Shown here: piece after piece, positions 7,970 through 17,518 of the stretch
Layout of the letters: the number at the start of each line of letters is the position of its first letter
Numbering within the stretch: the first letter of the stretch is position 1
Origin: Candidatus Peregrinibacteria bacterium
GTDB taxonomy: Bacteria > Patescibacteriota > Gracilibacteria > UBA1369
Direction of reading: 5' to 3'
Assembly: GCA_963708185.1 (NCBI GenBank)
Contig: OY970195.1
Location: 1,088,001-1,152,000, forward strand
DNA length: 64,000 bases
Translations under genes and position numbers: made by a program
Notes under the pieces: generated by a model
What the model saw: only the letters and a program-made list of their open reading frames with translations
Told to the model about the DNA's origin: nothing
The model's database searches: none

Positions 7970-10429
7970 TTATTTGTTCTGGTTCGGCGGATAGGCACTG
8001 AACCTCCAGTGGTCCCAGTTGATGAGATCGCACTGTGTTTTGGTCAGGGTGTCACCGGTCTTTTTTAGCTTGATGCTGCCGTCATCGTTGACTTCATCGT
8101 AAGACATGAGGTTCCCGACATCTCCGGCGCCCTGGAGGGCGCCTCCGTTAGGGTCTTTTATCCTTTGTCCGCTCAAGTGATGGGCCAGTTCGTGCGCCAA
8201 TGTTCTTCCATCCAAGTCCTTGGCGTTATTGATCGTGATGTTCGCCGCCATTTTCCCATCTGCACTCAGTTCATCCGTTTCGCGCGTTCTCTGGCTGGCA
8301 CCGGCTTCGGAAATGTCATTGGTATAGATCACGGGGGTGCAGGCTCGCATCGGCGATACCGGCTGACCCGTTCTTACCATGTCGGCGACGGTTTCTTCGG
8401 AAAGGGTTTTCCACTGCGCGGCGTTCAAGGTGAATCCGGTGACGTCGATCTTGAGAAAATGCGCACAGTTGCAGCTTGCGGCATTCCGGTAGTAGATATC
8501 CTCGGCCTGTTTTGCGTCGTTTTTGACGTCGTCGAGGGTCACGCCGATGCCCGGCTCGATGAACGCGTTGATGCAAATTCTTTTTTCAGTTTTGCCCTTG
8601 ATGGCCGGAAAAGGCCTTGAGTAGACGGGAACATACACGGAATTTTCGGCTTGTTTGACTTTTGTTCCGCTGCCCGGACGATAGAGCGTTTCACTGTACG
8701 CGGGATCGTTTGAGGTCAGTGTAATTCCGCCGTCGAGCGTAAATTCGCCTTCAGGGAATCCCTGAAAAACGAGATCGCCGATCGGACCGTCATAGGCATC
8801 GCCCGGAAGTTTCGTTCCGGTGAGGGTCACCAACGCGTTGCCGCTTCCATCGGTCGTCTGGTCGGTTTCCAAGAGTGAAGAAAAGGTCGAATTTGGGTTG
8901 AATCCAACCAACTGGAGCTCAGGAGGGACGACAAGCTGTATCTGGAAATTATTCACGGAGGAACCTTTCTGCGGGTTAAAAAGCAGCACGGGGACCCTTG
9001 TTATTTCCGTCGTAACCTCATACCCGGGTTCTCCGCCGAGAGCAAAAGGCATGATGTCCACCGGCTCGGTCATGCTTCTGGCGACTCCTCCCGCTTCGCC
9101 GGTAAACTGGAGGTTTGCCATCCCGAATGCATCGGGCGTGAAGGTGACTTCCGCCGTCCCGTCGTAGTTATCATGCACCGAAATATCGCCGAAATTTGCC
9201 GTGGCTGAAAACTGTGCCTCGGGAACGATGTTGTCGTACTGATCGACCAAAGCCAGCTCGTATTGCCGCCTCCCGGCGGAGTTCTGGTTCGGACCAAGCG
9301 TATCCTGGAGCGCGAGTTTGGACGGAGACCCCGGAAGGAAGTCTATGGACTCCTGGGTTTCTTCACCGCTCGCGTTGTCCTGGATAATCAGCGTGTTTGC
9401 TCCACTGAAATTGCTGGAAACCTGCACTTGATAGTTGCCTTGGCCAAGATCATGGTAGGTAAAGTACTTGATCGGCGACGTTCCATCTTCATTGGAGTCT
9501 ACGGAGGGTCTCCAGAAATAGACGCTCAAATCACCATTTTCTACAGGATCTCCGGCTGCTGACGCAACGGAAAAATTGACGTCGTAATATGAACCGGCCG
9601 CAACCGTTCCGTTTTGCGGACTGATACCATCGACGCGGAACGTCATGGTTGGCGATGAAGGCGGCGTTACGGCTGTCGATCCTGTTGAAACCTGGGAGAG
9701 ATCAACCTGCAGAATCGAAGCATTCGCGTCCCGAGTATAGGCTTTGCCGAGTTTGCGCACCGCAAGGGAGCGGAACATCAGTTCGGCCGTTTTGGCGCGG
9801 GACAGGCCTGCCGCAGGACTGTAGAAAAGACCGGTTTCTTCAAGAAGACCGTTAGCTTTGGCGAAGGCCACGTACGTCGTGAACCACTGGCTCGCCGGGA
9901 CATCTTCATACGGTGCCGACAAGTTCGTGCCCATGCTCCATTGCTGGAGTTCTCCAAGCATTTTCAGTGCCTCCACTTTATTGACTTCCTGTGCGGGGCG
10001 ATAGGTTCCGTCCGGATATCCTTCAACGACGCCTTTTTCTTTGGCATAGCAAACATAGGGAGCAAACCATTCCGTGTGGACGTCAGGGAAACAGTCGTGA
10101 TACACGGTGGGATCGGGGTTCACTCCTTCAAGGAGAATGAAAAGTTTCAGTTCTTCGGCACGGTTCAGGACGCGGTCGGGCTGAAATGTCCCGTCAGGAT
10201 ACCCGCTAAAAATATTCTGATCTTTGAGGTAGCTGATGGCCGTCCAGTTGGGACTCGACGCATCGACGTCCGGAAAAATCGTTGATGATTGCGTCATTTG
10301 AGCCGTCTGGGTTGAGGGGTCGCTTTGGGTACCCGTCGTGTTCTGGGCGAAACCGACGTTGGCGACGAGCACGAGGAAGACTCCGCTCAAAACAAAGAAG
10401 GCTATTTGGGGAAGGTTGATTTTTTTCAT
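7970..10429 (-). CDS. Secreted SLH-anchored protein with Ig-like beta domains and a C-terminal zinc metallopeptidase-like domain
   Basis: Signal peptide; three SLH repeats (FPDV...GYPDGTFQPDRVLNRAE); beta-rich middle; TLAHELAHHLSG and Met-turn-like NLMSY. Confidence 0.85.
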   Translation of the reverse strand: MKKINLPQIAFFVLSGVFLVLVANVGFAQNTTGTQSDPSTQTAQMTQSSTIFPDVDASSPNWTAISYLKDQNIFSGYPDGTFQPDRVLNRAEELKLFILLEGVNPDPTVYHDCFPDVHTEWFAPYVCYAKEKGVVEGYPDGTYRPAQEVNKVEALKMLGELQQWSMGTNLSAPYEDVPASQWFTTYVAFAKANGLLEETGLFYSPAAGLSRAKTAELMFRSLAVRKLGKAYTRDANASILQVDLSQVSTGSTAVTPPSSPTMTFRVDGISPQNGTVAAGSYYDVNFSVASAAGDPVENGDLSVYFWRPSVDSNEDGTSPIKYFTYHDLGQGNYQVQVSSNFSGANTLIIQDNASGEETQESIDFLPGSPSKLALQDTLGPNQNSAGRRQYELALVDQYDNIVPEAQFSATANFGDISVHDNYDGTAEVTFTPDAFGMANLQFTGEAGGVARSMTEPVDIMPFALGGEPGYEVTTEITRVPVLLFNPQKGSSVNNFQIQLVVPPELQLVGFNPNSTFSSLLETDQTTDGSGNALVTLTGTKLPGDAYDGPIGDLVFQGFPEGEFTLDGGITLTSNDPAYSETLYRPGSGTKVKQAENSVYVPVYSRPFPAIKGKTEKRICINAFIEPGIGVTLDDVKNDAKQAEDIYYRNAASCNCAHFLKIDVTGFTLNAAQWKTLSEETVADMVRTGQPVSPMRACTPVIYTNDISEAGASQRTRETDELSADGKMAANITINNAKDLDGRTLAHELAHHLSGQRIKDPNGGALQGAGDVGNLMSYDEVNDDGSIKLKKTGDTLTKTQCDLINWDHWRFSAYPPNQNK

Positions 10430-10510
10430 GGGGCAAGTGGTCAAATTATGTTTATTGTACCGCACTGCCCCATGATTTTTCAAATTTCAGAATTGATCCG
10501 TTCCTGATCA

Positions 10511-11248
10511 CTACTTCGTGAAGGTGAACGTCTGGATCATGTCAGCGACCTGATTGTAGTAGCCGTCGAGAACGTAATCGGAAATATCCTGCGGGGAGGG
10601 CTGGTCTCGATAGTCGCTGGCGTTTTCCACCTGTTCAATGGCGAAACACATGCCTTTATGGACGGTTCGGTAACTGTTCGCTTGGATGTACTGCATGGTC
10701 GCCGCATCCTGGATCGGTATAACGGTAAAATCGATACCATTGATGGTTTTGACGGTGGTCTGGACGGCGAAATTAGGATCCGGTTTCAGACAGTTCTGCA
10801 CGTCATCGGGATTGTCGCTGACCCCGATGCGAAGTTCGGTATCAAAATAACGAGGATAGCTGGAATCATTTTCTATTGTGAAAACAGGGATGCTGACAAC
10901 GGGAGTTCCTTTTGATGTGTCAGGGGCCAGTACTCTCCAGTCGCCGGAAAGGAAATGGAAAGACTGGAAACTTTCGCTTGGTGTCAGGTTTTCGGGATAT
11001 GCAACCTTAAAGCCGTATTTCTCGTTGCTATAGATTTTTGTACCGCTCTGTTGGGTCATCATTTCTTCGGTCGGCGCTATCGTTACGGAAGCCTGTTGAT
11101 TTTTCGTGGTTGCCGGCTGGGATTGGGACGTGGTTGTTTCCCGGGGGACAGTATTCGAAGTTTCCGGCGCTGACGGAGTTTGCGTGCAGCCGGCAATGAT
11201 GAGAACTGCAGCAAGTCCGGCCGTGGAGAAAGCGATGCGTTTCGACAT
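10511..11248 (-). CDS. Putative lipoprotein (PsbP-like start YSNEKYGFKVAYP)
   Basis: Lipobox IIAGC, Thr/Ser/Gln-rich linker, C-terminal DMIQTFTF. Confidence 0.75.
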   Translation of the reverse strand: MSKRIAFSTAGLAAVLIIAGCTQTPSAPETSNTVPRETTTSQSQPATTKNQQASVTIAPTEEMMTQQSGTKIYSNEKYGFKVAYPENLTPSESFQSFHFLSGDWRVLAPDTSKGTPVVSIPVFTIENDSSYPRYFDTELRIGVSDNPDDVQNCLKPDPNFAVQTTVKTINGIDFTVIPIQDAATMQYIQANSYRTVHKGMCFAIEQVENASDYRDQPSPQDISDYVLDGYYNQVADMIQTFTFTK

Positions 11249-11397
11249 ATGAATGTGGAGGATTAAAGGGTTTGGAGTTATTTTGAAAAATGCTAGCATT
11301 GTTTGGGACTTCGAGAAAGCGAAATTGTTTCTGTTTTCGCGGCTTTTTTGGCATAATGCTGGTTACATATTTCATTTCTTATCCCATTAATTTTTTT

Positions 11398-11820
11398 ATG
11401 CCTCAACTGACTTTCAATTATGCCGCCATCGTGGTGTGCGGCGTTGTGTACATGGTGATCGGCATGGTCTGGTACGGCCCGCTCTTCAATAAGACCTGGG
11501 CAAAAATGAACGGCTTTGATCTGTCCGATAAAAAGAAAATGAAAGAGATGCAGAAGAAGGCGGGGCCTTCGTACGTCGTATCTTTTATCGGCAGCCTGGT
11601 CATGGCGTACGTGCTTTCGATGTTCCTCGACCTGAGCATGGCAAAGACGGCCATGGACGGAGTCATTACGGGCTTCTGGGCCTGGCTCGGTTTCGTTGCT
11701 CCTACCTCGCTGTGCATTTATATGTTCACGCAGAAACCGGTCAAACTCTGGATGATCGACAGCGGTTATGCGCTGGTTTCTTTGCTGGCTTTCGGTGCCA
11801 TTCTTGCGGCGTGGGTTTAA
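11398..11820 (+). CDS. DUF1761 family membrane protein
   Basis: NYAAIVV...GMVWYGPLFNKTW, GFWAWLGF, LWMIDSGY. Confidence 0.9.
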   Translation: MPQLTFNYAAIVVCGVVYMVIGMVWYGPLFNKTWAKMNGFDLSDKKKMKEMQKKAGPSYVVSFIGSLVMAYVLSMFLDLSMAKTAMDGVITGFWAWLGFVAPTSLCIYMFTQKPVKLWMIDSGYALVSLLAFGAILAAWV

Positions 11821-11838
11821 AAATTTTCACAGGTTCAT

Positions 11839-11868
11839 GCAAAAGCCCCGCGAATGCGGGGCTTTTGC
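11839..11868. terminator. Bidirectional intrinsic terminator
   Basis: GCAAAAGCCCCGC-GAAT-GCGGGGCTTTTGC between convergent genes. Confidence 0.88.
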
Positions 11869-11887
11869 GGTAAGGAAGGACAGAGGG

Positions 11888-12250
11888 TTATTGCTCCTTA
11901 TCTTTTTTGAGCTTTGAACGGGTGAGCTGGATTTGCGCCCGGATGGTTTCATGACTGATGTGAGCTTCAAGTTTCGTTATACATTCTTCGATGTGGATGA
12001 TACAAACCTGTATGTCACTTTTTGCCTTTTCCGTTTCCTCAACTTGCTGAAAATTTTCCATTCCTGTTTTTTGACGACGTAATTCCTGAACGATCCGTTC
12101 AGCTTCGCCGTTGAATCCAGTGTTGGGATTTTTGAGGGCTTCAAAGACATTTTTGAAAAGATCGTTGAGCGTGAGAATCGCTTTCCAGGTTTCAGGATTT
12201 TCGTCTTCCTGACTATTTTCCTGCGGATTTTTCGGGAATTTTTGGTCCAT
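11888..12250 (-). CDS. Hypothetical helical protein (120 aa)
   Basis: ATG ORF with an upstream promoter match and downstream terminator. Confidence 0.7.
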   Translation of the reverse strand: MDQKFPKNPQENSQEDENPETWKAILTLNDLFKNVFEALKNPNTGFNGEAERIVQELRRQKTGMENFQQVEETEKAKSDIQVCIIHIEECITKLEAHISHETIRAQIQLTRSKLKKDKEQ

Positions 12251-12271
12251 CGTTTTGTGTAAAGGTTTTTT

Positions 12272-12299
12272 ATTCTATCATTTTTTCTTATTTTGTCAA
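12272..12299 (-). promoter_or_regulatory. Sigma70-like promoter
   Basis: TTGACA-N16-TAGAAT with extended -10 TG on the minus strand. Confidence 0.55.
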
Positions 12300-12364
12300 T
12301 TTCGCGTTGACTTTGGATTTTTTTGGGAGGATAACGGAGGTGACAATACGTAACCCTGACCGCT

Positions 12365-13222
12365 ATGGAGGTCATGCAGTCCCAACATTATCGGGAAGCA
12401 GGGGAACAGGCGAAAGATGTCTTGCGCCTGCACGCTACAGCTTTGGATCAAAAAGAAAAGCGTTCTTTGGAGGTGGATATTTTACGTGCGGAAAATCTGA
12501 AAAAGATCGAGGGTGCCACTGGCTTGCGCTTTGACGTTTTCAGGAAAACCGATCCTCACGTCGCTGCTTTTATTACGGTTGCGGAGCAACAAACGTTCAT
12601 GGCCGAGCATTCGCTGGATAACCTTGGGTGGGCCATGTATGCGGCAAAACATGAACTGAAACACAAGCAAACCAAAGACTTCATGCAGCTTGGGAACGAG
12701 AAGATCACCGTGTTCAGCGACCAATATAATGCCCTTGATGAGGCGCTCAACGGTGTGGGCATCGACATGAAAAGCGTCAACTGGATCGAAGGGTTTACGG
12801 ATCTTTTAACGGCGCGGGAGATCGGCGAGCACGCCAACAGCGGATACAACGACCATGAAGTTCCTGCGGCGGAACAGCTGGATGATTTGTGCGTTGAAAT
12901 GACCGGGGCTTCCTTGGCCGAAGCTTTCAATATGAACAACGTAGGGTTGTTTACCGCGCGGCTTCGTCAGTTATGCGAAATGCTGATGCTCAAGAAAGCC
13001 TATGAACACCTGGCGGCGCAGGATAAGGACGCAGCCGCGCTGCGCAGCGATGTGGAAGCAAAAATTATAACCCTCCGTCCGATTATCCACAGCAAAGAGG
13101 ACGCGGAAAGAGCCGTCGGAAAAATCGTCTGTGAATGTATTGCCCTCAAGGAAGTTCGCCGCTATGTTGGCCTGGATGAAAACCTTTCGAGCCTATCAAC
13201 ACCGTCCGGAATGCTTTCGTGA
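12365..13222 (+). CDS. Hypothetical protein with zincin/gluzincin-like motif
   Basis: YAAKHELKH followed downstream by WIEGFTDLL. Confidence 0.6.
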   Translation: MEVMQSQHYREAGEQAKDVLRLHATALDQKEKRSLEVDILRAENLKKIEGATGLRFDVFRKTDPHVAAFITVAEQQTFMAEHSLDNLGWAMYAAKHELKHKQTKDFMQLGNEKITVFSDQYNALDEALNGVGIDMKSVNWIEGFTDLLTAREIGEHANSGYNDHEVPAAEQLDDLCVEMTGASLAEAFNMNNVGLFTARLRQLCEMLMLKKAYEHLAAQDKDAAALRSDVEAKIITLRPIIHSKEDAERAVGKIVCECIALKEVRRYVGLDENLSSLSTPSGMLS

Positions 13223-14399
13223 CGTCGACGAGTCCACGTGGAAAAACTGGATCTGGCAGCAACAGCATGCCGTTCGAAACCGGTTCGGCTTACGGAAAAT
13301 ATTTCCGGCTTTTCCAGATATTGAACTGCAAAAAGCCGAGTCCTGGGAACAACGGGGTTTCCGTTTTTTAATCACTCCCTACGTTGCGTCGATTATCCAG
13401 AAAGACCTGAATGGAAACCCTTTGCAGCATGACCCTGTATGGCGGCAGGTTTTCCCGGTTTTCGGCGATGCGAAAGAAACCCGAGTCCCTCCCGATGAAT
13501 ACTCGCCCGATCATGAGAATTGGGAGATTGAAGAGGAGATGATTTCGCCGATTGCCCTGCACAAGTACGATAACCGCGTGCTCGTGATGACGAGCGACGT
13601 TTGTCTGGGCTATTGCGTGTACTGTTTTCGCTCGCTCCAGTCGGATGATAAGGCGGAAAAGCATGGAGGAAAGCCCTTCTGGGAGGAGACCATTGAAGCG
13701 ATCCGCCAACGTCCTCAGGTGGAAGAAGTGATTTTGAGCGGCGGCGATCCGCTGCTGTACGACAACGCAAACATTGAAGAAATGCTGCGGGATCTGCGAG
13801 GGATTGCCCACCTGAAAGCGATCCGCATTCACACCCGGGCGTGGCTCCATAATCCATACCGTTTTGATGCCGTTCTGTGCGGGTTGTTGAAAGAATATTC
13901 CGTTACGGAACTGGGCGTCCACGTGATTCATTCTCAGGAATTGACGTGTGATTTTGTGGAAGCCGCGCAACGGGTGCGGGCGAGCGGCGCCATGACGATG
14001 CTGATGTGCGATACGCCGCTGGTGCGCGGTGTGAACGACAACGCGGATACTTTGCATGAACTGTTCATGGGTTTGTATACCAGCGGCGTGAAGCCTTACT
14101 ACTTGAGTCATGTGATGCCGAATATTCCGGGAGCCGCAAGCCAGCGGACGAGCGTCAAAGAAGGCCTGCGACTCTATAATTCTCTAAAAAGACGAATATC
14201 CAATCCCGCCATGCCGGAATATATCCTGACGCACCGCACTGGCAAAAAAACCGTCCCGGACTGCGAGGATGGCACACCGGATTTTCTTTACGAGAAGGAT
14301 CAAAACGGCTGGCCGGTTATCCGTTTCAAAGACTGGAAAGGACAATGGGAAACCTATCTCGACGCCGAGGAATCCCCGGCAGCTTCCACATCATTGTGA
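13176..14399 (+). CDS. KamA-family radical SAM aminomutase (lysine 2,3-aminomutase-like)
   Basis: WKNWIWQ, HKYDNRVL, CLGYCVYC, ILSGGDPL, IRIHTR, LVRGVND, GVKPYYL, putative PLP lysine in GKKTVP. Confidence 0.9.
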   Translation: MKTFRAYQHRPECFRDVDESTWKNWIWQQQHAVRNRFGLRKIFPAFPDIELQKAESWEQRGFRFLITPYVASIIQKDLNGNPLQHDPVWRQVFPVFGDAKETRVPPDEYSPDHENWEIEEEMISPIALHKYDNRVLVMTSDVCLGYCVYCFRSLQSDDKAEKHGGKPFWEETIEAIRQRPQVEEVILSGGDPLLYDNANIEEMLRDLRGIAHLKAIRIHTRAWLHNPYRFDAVLCGLLKEYSVTELGVHVIHSQELTCDFVEAAQRVRASGAMTMLMCDTPLVRGVNDNADTLHELFMGLYTSGVKPYYLSHVMPNIPGAASQRTSVKEGLRLYNSLKRRISNPAMPEYILTHRTGKKTVPDCEDGTPDFLYEKDQNGWPVIRFKDWKGQWETYLDAEESPAASTSL

Positions 14400-14459
14400 G
14401 GAGGCGAGCTTGACCTGGAAGCGGATTTCTATTAGATTTGCTTTCCTCATTTTTGCTTT

Positions 14460-16004
14460 ATGTCAGACGACGACATCAATAAACCAGGCGGACCCGACGA
14501 TGATAAAGACCGTGAAGATCTCGATTATGACGACGAGGATTCGGGCATCTTCCGCAGAAAGGGTGTATCGAAGCGTTTGTCCAGCAGTCTCTACAGCGAT
14601 GATTTTTCCGGCACGCCGGACGAGGTCAAAGCGTACATTGAACGACGCCTGCAACTGCAGAATGTTTATAACGTCCGCAAGGAGATGCGTGACAGCTTCC
14701 GTAATTTTGCCGAACGCAACCAATGGCTTGGCGGTGTTCTGGGGATAAATTTTGTCTCTCCGACGACGGCCCAGAGAATATCCGAAGAAGAGCAGTCGAT
14801 GAAGTTTCTCTCCATTCGCAAGACGGCCGTTCGAAATCAAGATCCAAACGTAGCACTCCTTGAGGCCGACTACACGCGCAGAGAAATCGAAAAGGACCCG
14901 AAAGTCATGAATGCCGAAGAGTACGCGAAATATATCGCCGGCAAAAAAAGACACCTGCTGAAGGAGGGAAAATACAAAAAATGGCGCGATGCCATGCTCG
15001 GCTTAAGGAATCGCTTCAAAAGCGACCCGGAGATGCACGCTTTTTACAGGATCATACGCTATGAAGCATGCAGCGCCTTTACCAGAGTTCTACTTGAGGA
15101 AAATCCAGATAAGATCGCCGAAGGGCTGATGTATCTCGGCGGCATCGAGCTTTTTGACGCCGAAGACCTCCTTGATGTTCCAAAAGAAATCTTCGAGCTG
15201 GAACATATCCGTGAACGTCTCATCGCTCTGCTTGAAGAGCTGATTCCCGGTTATTATTTGGGGGTCCGCACCCATCTGGTGAAACTGGGGTTCTTTCAGA
15301 GTTATTCGGATATCGACCACCACCTCCGGATCGTCGTAAAGGTGAAAGAGATCCTGGAAGACGCTTTGAACCGCGACGCGGCCGTATTTGCCGAGTACCG
15401 TGAAAGTTTCATCAAAGGAGGCATGGAACTTAAATTCAGTGAGAGGGATGAAAAACATTTCAAGGAAAAACTGTTGAGAAAACTGAGGATCGCCGCCGCA
15501 AAGTCACCGGGAAAGTACCTCGCGGAACGCAACCATCTCGACATGCTCAACGTCATGGATGCGGAAGAGGCCGATGCCGATCCGCAGACGCGGTGGTATC
15601 TGCTGGGGCATAAGCTACAATGGGGTAGTATTCATCCATGGGCGCTCTCCAAGATGGAAAGGCTCTGGCGTTTTTGCGGACTGAGCGTCATGGACGATGT
15701 TTCGACGGACGAGTTTGAAAACCAGGAAGATTCCGAACTGCAGGGAAGTCCCCTCAAGGCGGTTACGATTGATTATATGCCGCTTACGAACAAAAATTTC
15801 AGTACTGAGGTTATCGCCGACATGTCGGCCCATTTTTGCCAAGCCGAAAAGGAGCTGTACGAGCAGATGGAAGAAGAAACGAAAAAACTTTCCCAGGACT
15901 ACCTTGATTACGCCGCGGGGGAAATATACAAACTCCAGAGCCGATTTCCGCAGTATGACGGCATGAACGGCGGAAAGGGTTATATGGCGCACATCATACG
16001 TTAA
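14460..16004 (+). CDS. Hypothetical helical protein (514 aa) with acidic N-terminus
   Basis: Long ORF, ATG after T-rich run; no recognised motif. Confidence 0.8.
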   Translation: MSDDDINKPGGPDDDKDREDLDYDDEDSGIFRRKGVSKRLSSSLYSDDFSGTPDEVKAYIERRLQLQNVYNVRKEMRDSFRNFAERNQWLGGVLGINFVSPTTAQRISEEEQSMKFLSIRKTAVRNQDPNVALLEADYTRREIEKDPKVMNAEEYAKYIAGKKRHLLKEGKYKKWRDAMLGLRNRFKSDPEMHAFYRIIRYEACSAFTRVLLEENPDKIAEGLMYLGGIELFDAEDLLDVPKEIFELEHIRERLIALLEELIPGYYLGVRTHLVKLGFFQSYSDIDHHLRIVVKVKEILEDALNRDAAVFAEYRESFIKGGMELKFSERDEKHFKEKLLRKLRIAAAKSPGKYLAERNHLDMLNVMDAEEADADPQTRWYLLGHKLQWGSIHPWALSKMERLWRFCGLSVMDDVSTDEFENQEDSELQGSPLKAVTIDYMPLTNKNFSTEVIADMSAHFCQAEKELYEQMEEETKKLSQDYLDYAAGEIYKLQSRFPQYDGMNGGKGYMAHIIR

Positions 16005-16040
16005 GGTGTTTCGCAGCAAGAGTTGCTGTATGCTGTTTTC

Positions 16041-17357
16041 ATGAAGAATACCATTGCCATTTTGGGAGGAGGAGCCGCGGGCATGATGGCCGCGATTGCC
16101 GCCGCCGAAGGATTACGCGGAGGACGCGTGCTGCTTTTTGAGAAAAACAAATATCTTGGGGCCAAGGTACTCATCAGCGGCGGCGGCCGGTGCAATGTGA
16201 CCACGGGCATTTTTGACGTGCGCAAGCTTATGGAAAACTATCCCCGCGGCGCAAAATTTTTGATGTCGGCGATGTTCCGTTTTCCTCCGGAAAAAGTGAA
16301 AGAGTGGTTCGAATCGCACGGCGTTCCGCTAAAAACCGAAAAGGATTTACGTATTTTTCCGGTTTCGGATGATGGAAAAGACGTGGTCGGTACGCTGGAA
16401 AATGAGCTGCGAAAACTTGAGGTGGAAATTATGACTGACGCGAATGTGGTTGATGTGCGAAAAAAAGACGATGACAGTAAGCAGGCTGGACATGGAGCGG
16501 GCCCCGCAGAAAACCCTTTGCCACGTTCAAAATTTTTATTGACGCTCAAGGACGGACGCACCTTTGAAGCCGACGTTGTGATCATCACCACCGGAGGCAA
16601 CGCCTACCGCCACACCGGTTCCACAGGTGACGGCTACGCTTTCGCCAAGCATTTCGGGCACACCATCACTCCGCTGTCGCCTTCACTGAACTCGTTCATG
16701 GTGAGTGAACAGTGGATCACGAAACTGGCGGGCGTTTCTTTTGAAAAAGCGGGACTCACACTGGAAAATCACGATCGAAGCCGCACCTATACCCGCCGGG
16801 GGCCGATCGTTTTCACCCATCACGGGGTAAGCGGACCGGCCGCTTTCGCGCTTTCGGCAGCGGCTTCGTATGAACAGTACGACCGCAATAAACCGATGGA
16901 TCTTTTTCTGGATTTTTTCCCCGACGAAAGTTCCGATCATCTGCAAAAACGCTTCATGGATCTGGCGGATAAAAGCGGGAAAAAGTTTCTGGTGAATTTC
17001 CTGGACATGTTTTTGCCGCGTTCGCTTTGTTCCGTATTCGTGGAAATTTCCAAAACTGACCCTGAACTTTTTACGAGCAAACTCGGCCGTGATGCACGCG
17101 AAAAAATTCTCGGTCTTATGAAAAAACTGCGTGTCACCGTGGTTGGACGCGGCGCGGGGGACGAGTTTGTTACGGCCGGCGGCGTGGCTCTGGATGAGGT
17201 CAATACGAACACCATGGAATCGAAAAAACAGCCCGGCCTGTATTTTGCCGGAGAGATTCTGGACATTGACGGTTTTACCGGAGGTTTCAATCTCCAGGCT
17301 TCCTGGGCCACTGGAAAATTAGCCGGAGAACACGCGGCGAAGTCTTTCTTGTTGTAG
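16041..17357 (+). CDS. HI0933/YhiN (BaiN-like) NAD(P)/FAD-dependent oxidoreductase
   Basis: GGGAAGMMAA, KVLISGGGRCNVT, GSTGDGY, FVTAGGV, GEILDIDGFTGGFNLQ. Confidence 0.95.
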   Translation: MKNTIAILGGGAAGMMAAIAAAEGLRGGRVLLFEKNKYLGAKVLISGGGRCNVTTGIFDVRKLMENYPRGAKFLMSAMFRFPPEKVKEWFESHGVPLKTEKDLRIFPVSDDGKDVVGTLENELRKLEVEIMTDANVVDVRKKDDDSKQAGHGAGPAENPLPRSKFLLTLKDGRTFEADVVIITTGGNAYRHTGSTGDGYAFAKHFGHTITPLSPSLNSFMVSEQWITKLAGVSFEKAGLTLENHDRSRTYTRRGPIVFTHHGVSGPAAFALSAAASYEQYDRNKPMDLFLDFFPDESSDHLQKRFMDLADKSGKKFLVNFLDMFLPRSLCSVFVEISKTDPELFTSKLGRDAREKILGLMKKLRVTVVGRGAGDEFVTAGGVALDEVNTNTMESKKQPGLYFAGEILDIDGFTGGFNLQASWATGKLAGEHAAKSFLL

Positions 17358-17452
17358 GTTTCAGCTGATTTTAAGAGCGAGGCCCGACGCATACGGATTG
17401 AACCGAATGCGCCGAGCCAGCTGGCTTCACGAAAGAAAAAAGTAAGGAAAGC

Positions 17453-17488
17453 CTTCGGGGGGGCCGGAACCGGTCCGACCCCCCGAAG
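17453..17488 (-). terminator. GC-rich hairpin followed by pyrimidine/U tract, terminator of the orphan gene
   Basis: CTTCGGGGGG...CCCCCCGAAG stem; minus strand continues GCTTTCCTTACTTTTTTC. Confidence 0.65.
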
Positions 17489-17518
17489 TTGATGCACACT
17501 CCACGCGAACCGCCCCGG

